64,000 nucleotides of DNA from Felis catus (lineage: Eukaryota). Within the stretch, counting starts at the first letter, position 1. The number at the start of each line of letters is the position of its first letter. This document shows, in pieces, positions 27,369 to 37,954 of this stretch. A model generated the notes under the pieces. That model had not been told where the DNA came from, made no database searches, and saw only the letters and a list, made by a program, of their open reading frames with translations. The position numbers were made by a program, and so were the translations under genes. Location: the NCBI RefSeq assembly GCF_018350175.1, contig NC_058368.1, forward strand, positions 223,140,001-223,204,000, given 5' to 3'.

Positions 27369-28243
27369 GTAAGGCTTCCGTAAGACGACACTTTACTCTG
27401 TAGCGACATTACTATCTATTGCATTTTATTTATTTATTTTTTTTGGGGGGGGGGCAGTGGGTCTGCTTACCCGGTTCTGAGTCAAAACCAGTGTTTGGTG
27501 AGATGCTCCTCCCGGATTGGCTTCGCAGGATCTAGGGCGAGCGGGAAAGTTGGGGCTGATGCGTCTGAAACCTTGGGGCTGGGATACATTTTTTTTTTTT
27601 TTTTTGAAATTTTCTTACCCAGGAATGTTGCTGTAGAGCCTACGGAATGTGAGTCTTAAGAAGCCGGCTGGGTATCTGTTTATGTTTCTCGGTGGATGGT
27701 GTCGTGGTCCGCCCTGCCCCCCGAAGAAGTTGGAAGGAGTCCGAGAGGCACCTTTGAGTAGTGATGGCCTCAAATTGAGCCGTCACCTATGTCTAACTGT
27801 GAAAGTGAGGGGGAGCATTGTCAGAATAGAAACAGGGACGTCGCAACTGGAATTTTGGTGGTGCTTTTTAATTATTGCCTTGCCAATATCCTCTAAAATT
27901 TCGTGAGAGCTGAGGTCTGAAGCTGCAGGAGAGCAACGCTCATTTTCTTTTTTTCTCTCTTTCATTCTTCGTTATTTTCCCCTGAATTGCTTCCGTAAGT
28001 GCTTATTAACGCTTAAGATGAAACTTTTACTTCTTTTAAAGGGCACTATAAATGATGCATAAAAAGGAATCAGGTAGGCTCCTGTGATTAGCAGCACACT
28101 TTATTTAGTATATGCCCTTATGGTTGCTAACTCTGATTCATTTACCCTTCTTAACTTCTTGAACCTGTGGGAATAACACTGATATCTATTAATGTTTGCG
28201 TCTAAAAATCAAGGTAAAGTTGTGCCTTCTGCATGTTTATATG

Positions 28244-28245
<2 letters not shown>

Positions 28246-28288
<43 letters not shown>
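28246..28288. repeat. (TG)n microsatellite
   Basis: About 21 TG units. Confidence 0.95.
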
Positions 28289-28289
<1 letters not shown>

Positions 28290-29961
28290 GTACGTGCGGA
28301 TGTGGAACTGAGCAAACCTGTCATGTAACAGGTGAAAATATACAATTTTATTGGCTGGTTGTTACAGCATTTCCTTATATCAGTCCTGTGGTACTTAATG
28401 AACTTTCAGATTAATCAAGAGTACATGCTCCTTGCTATTTCCCTTCAGGATTTCAAGAAATCCTGAAATAAAATTCTTAGCTAAAATTATTATGGTCTTC
28501 TGTTCGTTCAGGTGATGGCATCACTGCTTTGAGCTGAGAGAGACAGATCAGAGAAAGATTTTATTGTGTAGCCAAAAAAAAAAAAGTAAAATAAGTAAAT
28601 AAACAAACACATAAATAAAATAACCTTAAGCTCTGACAATGTTTTGGAACCTTTATTTTCCACTCTGAGATCACCCACAGATTTCTCAAAGCAGGGGGCT
28701 TCCCTTATGCAGTAATGGTTCTCTTTTCTTTTAATGGACTTGTCTTACTGCAGAAAATATTCTAAATCAAGAGTTTGAAGTCCAGATTAGATCTCTGGTG
28801 TATCTGGCTCGATGTGGGAGGGGAACGCGGGATATGATCCTGGTAGAGAATTAGTTCTGTGCTCTAACACGCCGGTGCAAGCACCAATCATGATGCTGGT
28901 TTCTTTCCAGCCTCCTGTTAGGTAGTTAATTCTGGGTTTCTTGATAATTAATTAACCTAGTGTAGGTCAGCCCACTCATTCTCTTAATAACACATTCATT
29001 TAATGCCTTGTTGGATAAGTATTTTATAAACCATAATACTGATGATTTTCACAGACATAGCTAACGTAAGAAGGGAAAAGACAAAAAAAAAACCAAAAAA
29101 CAAAAAACAAAAATGATGCCAATGGTGAAGTCTGATTTCCTGCCAAGGGTGAGAGGTAGAAAATGAGGATTCACTCTTTTAGATGCCACAGAAATGTCCA
29201 ACTGGAGATTACCCAATAGTAAAGGAAAATATGATAGTAGAAAGAAGGTAAGAGCTGGGAAACTCTAGCTATAACTCTGTCTAGTGCATGTTGAATATAA
29301 TTGGCTATCACAGTTGCAAACGTAGTCAATACCAACCGGTGCTTGAATAAAATCTGTACGTTGGGCAATTGGAAATTATTCCTCCTGATGCTCTATTTCA
29401 GATGGATAAAATGGAATCTTGAGAATGAATGAGTCAGCCCAACTTCATAAATTCTTTAGACGAAGGGTGCTATATATAGTAAACATATGGTGCTTTTTAT
29501 TGCCCTATGTAAATATCGTTATTGTGCTTCATGTTGATTTTTGTGGTCTGATGAATACAAACTACACTTCCACAGCGTGTATCTCGCACGTGTCCTGTAT
29601 TTGTCTTGTTGGTGATTAGAAATTTGAAGTAAACCTGAGATATTTGCAACCTGATATAATCATCCTTTAGAATCTGGACGTGCGTATACTTTTCAATAGA
29701 TTTAGGATAAAACATATTGAACTTATTGACCTAAAAAAGGTTTACTGATCTCAAATCCCTGTATTCGATACAGTGTAGTCGAGTGAAAAGTTAGAAGAAA
29801 AATTGAGAGATTAAAGACTGCAAGTATGTGAGATGCTGTTTTGCTTTTTTTCTTTTAATAAGTGGAGGATTTCAAACTTTTTAATTTGCATAATATCTGC
29901 CGTTCATATAGTTGCAGTATACATGCCTATAGAACTATATTTTAGGTAAAGTCTTCTATGA

Positions 29962-30157
29962 ATTTTTTTAAATGTTTATTTTTGAGAGAACACGAGTAGG
30001 GGAGGGGCAGAGAGGGAGGGAGACGCAGGATCCTAAGCAGGCTCCAGGATCTGAGTTGTCAGCACAGAGCCTGACCCAGGGCTCGAACTTATGAGCCACA
30101 AGATCATGACCTGAACCCAAGTCGGAAGCTTAACCAACTGAGCCACCCAAGAGCCGC
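29962..30157 (-). mobile_element. CAN-SINE
   Basis: TTTTTAAATGTTTATTTTTGAGAG..GATCATGACCTGAACC..GCCACCCAAGAGCC. Confidence 0.93.
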
Positions 30158-30164
30158 TAGGGAA

Positions 30165-30391
30165 GGGGTTCTGAACCTTGGTGTTGTTGATATGGTAGGC
30201 TGTATAATTCTTATGGGTTAGGGAGGCTGTCCTGTGTTTTGTAGGATGCCAAGCAGCATCCCTGTTTTCTACCCACACAATGCCAGTAGCAGCATTTCCA
30301 GATCGTGACAACCAAAAATATCTGTAGGCATTGTTAACTATTTCCTTGGGGGGGGGGGCGACTTGCACCCCTGTCTCGTTGAAAAGCACTG
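30165..30391 (+). mobile_element. MER20 hAT-Charlie DNA transposon
   Basis: GGTTCTGAACCTTGG..GGCTGTCCTGTG..TGTAGGATG..AGCAGCATCCCTG..TGCCAGTAGC..TGACAACCAAAAAT..GTTGAAAAGCACTG. Confidence 0.85.
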
Positions 30392-30949
30392 CTGTAGAAA
30401 AACCTAAAGACTGTGTGCAGAAAAAGGTCATACAATATATGCTTTGAGTGGACAGCTGCCCATGTATAGTTCATTTTGGATGCTCTGTGATGATTCCTCT
30501 TCTCTTGCTTGGGATGGATTTCAAATTTTAGGTATTTCATTAAGTCCCTAACATGAACTGTGGAAGTTTGTGTTAGCAGTATTACTTTTTCTATAAACTG
30601 AAAGATTGGGCTGTGTTATCATATGCTATCATTTGTAGGAACAAAAGAAAATACAAAATGAGAAAAAGCAAATGTACATGTGGAGGTTGAAGGCACATTT
30701 CACTTAATTTGTTTTTATATGAGCCTTTAATATAAATTATAAGTAAATTCAAGATACTGATTCTTTCTCTTCTATAATAGCTTTTGCTTATTATTATTAT
30801 TTTTTGGAGTATGTATATGTTTGGAATGTCAGGAGTGGGTATTCAGTCTAGTAATTCCATGTGCTTGGAGTAGTTTATAATGTTAGAAGTGTCCAGAAGT
30901 AAAAGGAAAACATTTTGATTTTAAAAGCATAGTTCTTAATAGGTGGTGA

Positions 30950-31160
30950 TGTGTGGCACAATACAAAAATATTGAGCTTAATGATTTGGAGACATAGAAG
31001 AACTTGATCCTGACCTTGATTACTTGTGTTAATGTCCCTTGTATATAGGCCATTTTTTCCTCATCTGCAAAAGGAGATACGAATAGGCATGAGAATCAAA
31101 TAATACAAGGTGTTAAAATGGGTTGCAGTCTATAAAGACCTGTACCAACCTTAGTAAATT
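30950..31160 (+). mobile_element. MIR SINE (degenerate)
   Basis: TTACTTGTGT..TTTTCCTCATCTGCAAAA core motif. Confidence 0.5.
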
Positions 31161-31264
31161 ATCATAGGTTCAATGTCTTTGATGATTTGTTTGACGAGAA
31201 TTGACTCATCATGCTAAATCTTCCAGCTATTGTGGTTAAAGATTATCTGTAAAAAATGGCAGTA

Positions 31265-31603
31265 TTTTTGTTTTGTTATTTCAATTCCAGTTAGTTAACA
31301 TACAGTGTAATATTAGTTTCAGGTGTACAATATAGTACAATATAGTGTTGATTCAACGCCCGGTGCTCATTACTAGGGCACTCCTTAATCACCATCACGT
31401 ATTTAACCAATCCCCCCACCTCTGCCCCTCTGGTAACCATCAGTCTGTTCTCTATAATTAACAGTCTGTTTCTTGGCTTCTCTCTCCCTCTCCCTCTCCC
31501 TCTCCCTCTCCCTCTCCCTCTCCCTCTCCCTCCCTCTCCCTCCCTCCCTCCCTCCCTCTCCCTCTCCCTCTCCCTCTCCCTCTCCCTCTCCCCTTTGCTT
31601 ATT
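31265..31603 (-). mobile_element. Carnivore L1 3' end with an expanded (CTCTCC)n repeat
   Basis: TTCAATTCCAGTTAGTTAACATACAGTGTAATATTAGTTTCAGGTGTACAA..CTCTGGTAACCATCAGTCTGTTCTCTAT. Confidence 0.88.
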
Positions 31604-33330
31604 TGTACAAATGTCAGTATTCTTATTTTTTTATGGATGAAATAAAACATCTTCATTTTGAAATGTGATTTAAGTTATAGACAAACCTCCTTATTCTCTC
31701 ATTTCCATCCTTCCCCATATTATCTACATTTATAATTTGTTTAAAAATACAGAAATGTGAAATCTAGAATGCATCTTGAACTTTACTCTTCAATAAAATC
31801 CATTTAACAGTTACTACCAATTTGGTATGTATTTTCAAAGTGATTTTTAATGAATGGATTCATGTGGATATCTACATATAATTCTAAAATAGAGATTTAA
31901 ATTTAAAGATGCATTTCCTCACAGATGTATGCATTCATATAAGCATATGCATACAGATACAATAAACACAGCTCAATATTATACCCAACTAATTTTATAG
32001 TGTGTTCACTGTTCCATGTGCGTTTATAGAGAATTCATGAATATTTAGCAAGAATCCAGTAGACCATTATGCACAAATCTGGCATTTAACTCTAGTTCAA
32101 TGTTAGGGACACACGTTTGTGTACAGCTTTCTCTTCTTATTAGATCAGGGTGATTTCACATTGGTTGACGTCCCTGCCATAGCGAGAGTATACATTTTGA
32201 CTATCGCATATGATTGTATGGATTATTATCATTCATTTAAGTAATCCTCTATTATAATGTTTTTTAATAGTAAAGAGAAGGCCAAAACAAAGTAAATAAT
32301 TTAGTATCTCTATCATTGCTGTTAGTGTTTTGAATTTTAAGTGTGGCATATGTTCCTGGAAGAGATTTTCAGGAAAAGAAATGGGCTTCAGGGAAATGTA
32401 AGAGCAGGTTTAAGAATATTCACTGTAGTGTATCCTGATATGTCTGGATGTTGCTTCTGTAGATTCCAGAAAATTCTGATATGTACACTTCTACACTGTG
32501 GCTACATCAATTTAGGAAACTTCTTGGTAATCTGAGAATAAAATGAACAGAGCTCAATCCCTACACGTATTTGAGTGAAATATCGAATAAAGCAACTATT
32601 TCACTTAACTGAGCTCCCTTAGACTATGCCTTATCTAATATTTCACTCACTGTGAATGGGATGTAATAGATGAATTGCCAGTAAAATGAATTTGGACTTT
32701 GCAGGTACCTCCACTGACAAAAAAGGAATTCAACTATCCTTTCCATTTTACTTCTGTTTCTGTGATCATAAGGATCTTCAAATAGATTTTTATTGTCATT
32801 ATATTTATGCCCTTGGGACAATATATATGATTTCTATATAACTATGCACAATCTGGTGTGACTGGCAATTTCACTTGACCCAGTTATTTTCAGTCTACCT
32901 GATACCACAAGTATTTTAAATAAAAATATCTGTCTGGGTTAACCTCACAGTCATCAGTGGGATTTAAATGAAGGCTCAATGCCATTTGAACTTATTGGAT
33001 CATCATAATACAAATAATTTTTGAAACTAACCATCTTAAAACCAAGATGCAAAGGTGTGATAAAACTGTTATTTATAGTTATCCCTTGTGGAAGTGAAAA
33101 TTAATATACCAACTTTGAAAAGCAACTTTCAGTCCATGGCCAGTGGCGGGAAAAGGCAGACTTCCTTACATGCCAATTGTGGGAATAAACCAATAGGAAA
33201 CAATACAAAGTATTAAAAAATTAAGAAATCATTCAAGAAGTTAAGCTTAAGAATTCAGATCAATCCCAAAATGACAAATTGATGGAACCTGAATATTAAA
33301 CTCAATACAAAATTTTATAATTTATTTATA

Positions 33331-33452
33331 TTTTGATTTTTTTAAGTTTATGTTGAGCGATAGAGAGTGACAGTGGGGCCTCCCATTGGGGCTCTATCTC
33401 ATGAACCGTGACATCATGACCTGAGCCAAAATCAAGTCAGACACTTAACCTA
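33331..33452 (-). mobile_element. Truncated / internally deleted CAN-SINE
   Basis: CATCATGACCTGAGCCAAAATCAAGTCAGACACTTAACC; lacks the head and the middle. Confidence 0.8.
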
Positions 33453-34174
33453 CAACCATTGACTTGGATAATGTATTGAGACAAAATGTGTATCTTCCAA
33501 TTTTTCTGTACTATTTATATATTTAAACATGTGTAATTAGTATCTTTAGCCTTCCTGTGATATCATTAAATGAACCATGAAAATATAAACAGATTATTTT
33601 AGCTTCATGCAATTTTGTTGCTTTTATAGAGAACCTGTTTATTGGCTGATTGGTTCTATAATCCAAAAGATTATTCAGTAAGATTTTCAATTCTGGTAAT
33701 TGAAATTCTACTTTTAAGATGATTTATCATATTTTTAAAGTAAAAATAGTCATGTTTAATACTAGATTGTATTTTACTGTATTAAATGTTAAATTCATTT
33801 ATGGAGGTTGCATTCTATTTTAGAAGAGGGATGTTTTACAAGGGAAATAATATATTGTAGAAAATACCATTATTAAGGGGGGGAATAAAAGTGGGATGTG
33901 GGATAAAAGTTTTGGAGAAATAAATGGCAGTTTATATTTTGGCTTTTATGGCTTATAAACCCTCACTAAGAAGATGATTTTGAATAAAGCCTTGGGGGAA
34001 GTATGGTTAGGGACAGTATTGATATCTGATAACCCCCCAGGGGCGGGGGGAAAGCAAGTACAGAAGTGGGGAGAAACATTCAGGGCCCAGAGAAGAATAA
34101 CAAGAAGGCTAGAAGAGCTGGCATGAAGTAACAGAAATGGAGCATAGAAGGAGATACCATTAAGAGATCACCAT

Positions 34175-34390
34175 GGGGCGCCTGGGTGGCTCAGTCGGTT
34201 AAGTGTCCGACTTTGGCTCAGGTCATGATCTCGTGGTTCGTGGTTTGAGTTCCACATCAGTCTCTGTGCTGACAGCTCAGAGCCTGGAGCAGCTTCGAAT
34301 CCTGTGTCTCCTTCTCTCTCTGCCCCTCCCCAGCTCACATTCTGTCTCTGTCTCTCTCTCAAAAATAAAGAAACATTAAAAAATAAAAAA
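34175..34390 (+). mobile_element. CAN-SINE (SINEC_Fc-like)
   Basis: GGGGCGCCTGGGTGGCTCAGTCGGTTAAG; flanking AAGAGATCA duplicated. Confidence 0.95.
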
Positions 34391-34845
34391 AAGAGATCAA
34401 GGAAACCAGATTGTGTATAGATTCTGTAGATTAGTACATAGACTTTGTATTTTTTCCTAGGAGATTTGGGGTAGTCTTAGATATTTCTGATCAGAGAAAT
34501 GACTTAATTTGATATCTGTTATGTTAGGTGGTAAAGGAAGATGAAGAATACAGATGGGATTAAGGTGACTAATCCGCTATATTTCAACAAAGAACTCCGG
34601 CCACATGGTTGCAACTAGACAGAAACAGAGAGGCCAGTTGTAGAATTATTTCAATAATTTGGAGGAGAAAAGATGGCTACTTGTAGGAGAGAGAAAGCAG
34701 TGGAGGTGGGGAAAACAGGTGTATCTTGAAATTAAAGCTACCAGGACTTGACATTGTATAGGATATTAGGGGAAGTGGGGGACAGTGAGGATAAAGGATA
34801 AACTTTGTTTGCTGCATTTTGCACAATTAGAAGGATGTAGTTGCT

Positions 34846-34970
34846 GGGGCACCTGACTGGTTCAGTTGGAAGAGCTTGTGACACTTGATCTCAGGTTCAT
34901 GAGTTCAAGCCCCATGGGGCTTTGAATAATAGAGATTATTTAAATAAGCATAACAAAAAAAAAAAAAAAA
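34846..34970 (+). mobile_element. Short tRNA-like CAN-SINE (SINEC_c type)
   Basis: GGGGCACCTGACTGGTTCAGTTGGAAGAGC..CTTGATCTCAGG..GAGTTCAAGCCCC..AGAGATTATTTAAA followed by polyA; no (CT)n. Confidence 0.85.
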
Positions 34971-35388
34971 GAAGGAGAATGTAGTTCCTATCTCTAAGAA
35001 GGGAAAGAATTGAGCTGCACAAAGTTTGGCAGGGGAAGGGGGACAGGCAGTTAGATATGAAGAACTATGTATATTTTTAGATAGAAATGTCTAAGTAGGG
35101 TGTGGAGTCTGCTGAATACACAAATGTGGGGTTCGGGAGAGCTATCCATAGCTGCCAGTAGGAAATCAGGAGCCACCCTCCACAGACTGCATTTAAAATG
35201 AAGGGAGTGGATATGAATGAAAAGAGGTAAATCACAAGGCCAGAACCTGAGGCAACCTGACACAGATAGGATGGGAAATGAAGAAACACCAGAACACCAG
35301 GTTGAGAACAGAAGCTGAAGAGGGAGGAAGAAACTCCACGAGTGATGATGGATTTCAAGGAAGAGACTGTCTTGAAGAACCTCTTATA

Positions 35389-35621
35389 GGGGCGCCTGGG
35401 TGGTGCAGTCGGTTAAGCGTCCGACTTCAGCCAGCTCATGATCTCAGCCAGCTCATGATCTCGCGGTCTGTGAGTTCGAGCCCCCGTCAGGCTCTGGGCT
35501 GATGGCTCAGAGCCTGGAGCCTGTTTCTGATTCGGTGTCTCCCTCTCTCTCTGCCCCTCCCCCGTTCATGCTCTGTCTCTCTCTGTCCCAAAAAAATAAA
35601 TAAACGTTGAAAAAAAAAAAA
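35389..35621 (+). mobile_element. Young felid SINE (SINEC_Fc) with an internal 17-bp duplication
   Basis: Perfect 14-bp TSD AAGAACCTCTTATA (35375-35388 / 35622-35635). Confidence 0.97.
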
Positions 35622-35763
35622 AAGAACCTCTTATATTATGGAAATGGAAACTCCCAAAAACATATAAACATATGCATTTTGGACATTTTAATTATAAGTT
35701 TTAAGAAGTAATTTCCTTAATTAAAAATGTTCATCTTTGAAGGATTTTATTCATTATAGTTGC

Positions 35764-35977
35764 TTTTTAACATTTTTTTAAATATTTATTTATTTTTGAG
35801 AGAGACAGAGTGGGAGCAAGGAAAGGGCAGAGAGTGAGGGAGACACAGAATTCAAAGCAGGCTCCAGGCTCTGAGCTGTCAGCGTAGAGCCTGATGCAGG
35901 GCTTGAACCCACAAACCGTGAGATCATGACCTGAGCTGAAGCTGCTCACTTACCCGACTGACCTACCAAGGTGCCCC
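35764..35977 (-). mobile_element. CAN-SINE
   Basis: Full antisense body ending AAGGTGCCCC. Confidence 0.94.
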
Positions 35978-36139
35978 TACAATTATTGCCTTTTAGATCT
36001 GACAAATATGTAATATAAATATATATAATTTACTAATGACTGAATCTTTTGCTTTTTTCCAACCCAAAATTATTCTACAAATAATTCTACAAATTATTCT
36101 ATATTTTTTTATTCTGTAAGTATTTTAAAAAGTAGATGA

Positions 36140-36359
36140 GGGGCGCCTGGGTGGCGCAGTCGGTTAAGCGTCCGACTTCAGCCAGGTCACGATCTCGCGG
36201 TCTGTGAGATGGAGCCCCGCGTCAGGCTCTGGGCTGATGGCTTGGAGCCTGGAGCCTGTTTCCGATTCTGTGTCTCCCTCTCTCTCTGCCCCTCCCCCGT
36301 TCATGCTCTGTCTCTCTCTGTCCCAAAAATAAATAAACGTTGAAAAAAAAAATTAAAAA
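36140..36359 (+). mobile_element. Young felid SINE (SINEC_Fc)
   Basis: CpG-rich body; perfect TSD AAAAAGTAGATGA. Confidence 0.97.
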
Positions 36360-36690
36360 AAAAAGTAGATGAAACTTCCTATAGCCAATATTCCAATTAA
36401 GGAACTGTATGTTTTTACATTGATATCCTGCTTGTGATTTATGCCCAGCCTTTGAAGTGCAGGTGAGCCGTATAAAGAACCCAGATATGAATCTACAGTT
36501 GTAGCTGCAAGTTTAAGGTGACTATCAAATAATGAAACTTATCTTGGGGCAAATATGCAAGATTATTATATTAGTATATTTTTATCAATGATGCTCACAA
36601 CATTAAAGCTTTTTTTCATCAACTATTCTAAGATTCATGCATGTGAACACATGTGCATACACACACAACTAATAACATTCTGCTTCTTTT

Positions 36691-36721
36691 ATTTTTTTAA
36701 AAATTTTAATGCTTGTTTATT

Positions 36722-36765
<44 letters not shown>

Positions 36766-36936
36766 GTGGAGAGCAAGCAGGGGGAGAGCAGAGAGAGAGG
36801 GAGACAGAATCCCTATCCGGTTCCATACTATCAGCACAGAGCCTGAAGCAGGGCTCGAACCCATGAACCTTGAGATCATGACCTGAGCTGAAACCAAGAG
36901 TCAGATGCTTAACCGAATGAGCCACCCAGTTGCCCC
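36691..36936 (-). mobile_element. CAN-SINE (inserted in the tail of the next SINE)
   Basis: Full body ending CAGTTGCCCC, directly abutting the T-tail of a second SINE. Confidence 0.93.
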
Positions 36937-37152
36937 TTTTTTTATTAATATTTTTAATGTTTATTTATTTTTGAGACTGAGAAAGAGAGAGAGATACATA
37001 AAATGAGCAGGGAAGGGGCAAAAAGAGGGAGACACAGAATCTGTCAGCTCAGCCCAACGGTGGGGGGGGGGGAGGGCTCGAACTCAGGAGCCGTGAGATC
37101 ATGACTAGAGTCAAATTCGGATGCTTAACCAACTAAGCCACCCAGGGGAGCC
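36937..37152 (-). mobile_element. CAN-SINE
   Basis: TTTATTTATTTTTGAGAC..GAGATCATGAC..GCCACCCAGGGGAGCC. Confidence 0.92.
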
Positions 37153-37452
37153 ACTTCTTTTTCTTAATCTAACAGGTAATCAGCTTGATTAACCAGCACT
37201 TCATCAACAAAGCTTCACTTAAAATGTTTATAATCTCAGGTAAATGAAGTGTTTTAACTTTGGAAAGTCAGTTTTATGAGGGAAGTTACAATAATACCCT
37301 GAACAATATAAAAAAAATTGTATAAGTGTTGTGTGTGGCCACGTGGAAGGCTAATGTTGTGGGCAGAATAACGGTTCCCAAAGATACTCAGTCCTAATTC
37401 CTGAATCCTGTGAATATGTTAGATGACAGAGGAAGATTAAGAATGTAGATGG

Positions 37453-37660
37453 GGAGGCACCTGGGTGGCTCAGTGGGCTAAGCCTCTGACCCTTGATTTT
37501 GGCTCAGGTCTTGATCTCATGGTTTGTGAATTCCAGCCCCAGGCCAGGCACTTCCAAGCAGTGCGGAGCCTGCTTGGGATTCTCTCCTCTCTCTCTCTCT
37601 GCCTCACTCCCATTTGCGTGCAGTGCTCTCTCAAAATAAATAAATAAACTTAAAAAAAAA
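37453..37660 (+). mobile_element. CAN-SINE
   Basis: TSD AAGAATGTAGATGG/AAGGATGTAGATGG within MLT1. Confidence 0.93.
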
Positions 37661-37771
37661 AAGGATGTAGATGGAATTGAGTGTGTTAATCAGCTAATGT
37701 AAAATGGGGAGATGATCCTAGATTATCCAGGGAGGCCCACTGCAATCACAGGGTGCTACAAGTGGAAAAGG

Positions 37772-37954
37772 GGGGCGCCTGGGTGGCTCAGTCAGTTAGA
37801 GGCATCCCATTCTTGATTTGGGCTCAAGTCATGATCTCACGGTCATGAAATGGAGCCCCACATTGGGCTCCACACTAGGCATGGAGCCTGCTTAGGATTC
37901 TCTCTCTCCCTCTCTCTTTGCCCCTCCCCCCCAAATAATAATAACAATAAAAGG
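37772..37954 (+). mobile_element. CAN-SINE
   Basis: TSD AAGTGGAAAAGG/AAGTAGAAAAGG within MLT1. Confidence 0.93.

Larger units (their letters stand above)
26300..27850. promoter_or_regulatory. CpG island / promoter region (core about 27030-27560)
   Basis: Abrupt rise in GC and CpG density (e.g. GCGCGCTCGGGAGCTGCAGCAGCCGGAGCCGCGGAGCCCGGGG) against a CpG-depleted AT-rich background, with no repeat similarity. Confidence 0.9.
33950..35350 (-). mobile_element. L2 LINE fragment interrupted by SINEs
   Basis: L2 antisense motifs (AGCAGAGAAATGAC-like, AGAGAGGCCAGTT, AGCAGTGGAGGTGGGGAAAA, GCATTTAAA, CAGAACCTGAGG). Confidence 0.55.

Noticed and set aside
26977..27409. Overlapping ORFs on both strands in the CpG island
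   Set aside because: Expected from stop-codon scarcity in GC-rich DNA; most lack a real ATG start.
34846..34915. tRNA-like sequence with A and B boxes
   Set aside because: It is the tRNA-derived head of a short CAN-SINE with a polyA tail and TSD, not a tRNA gene.
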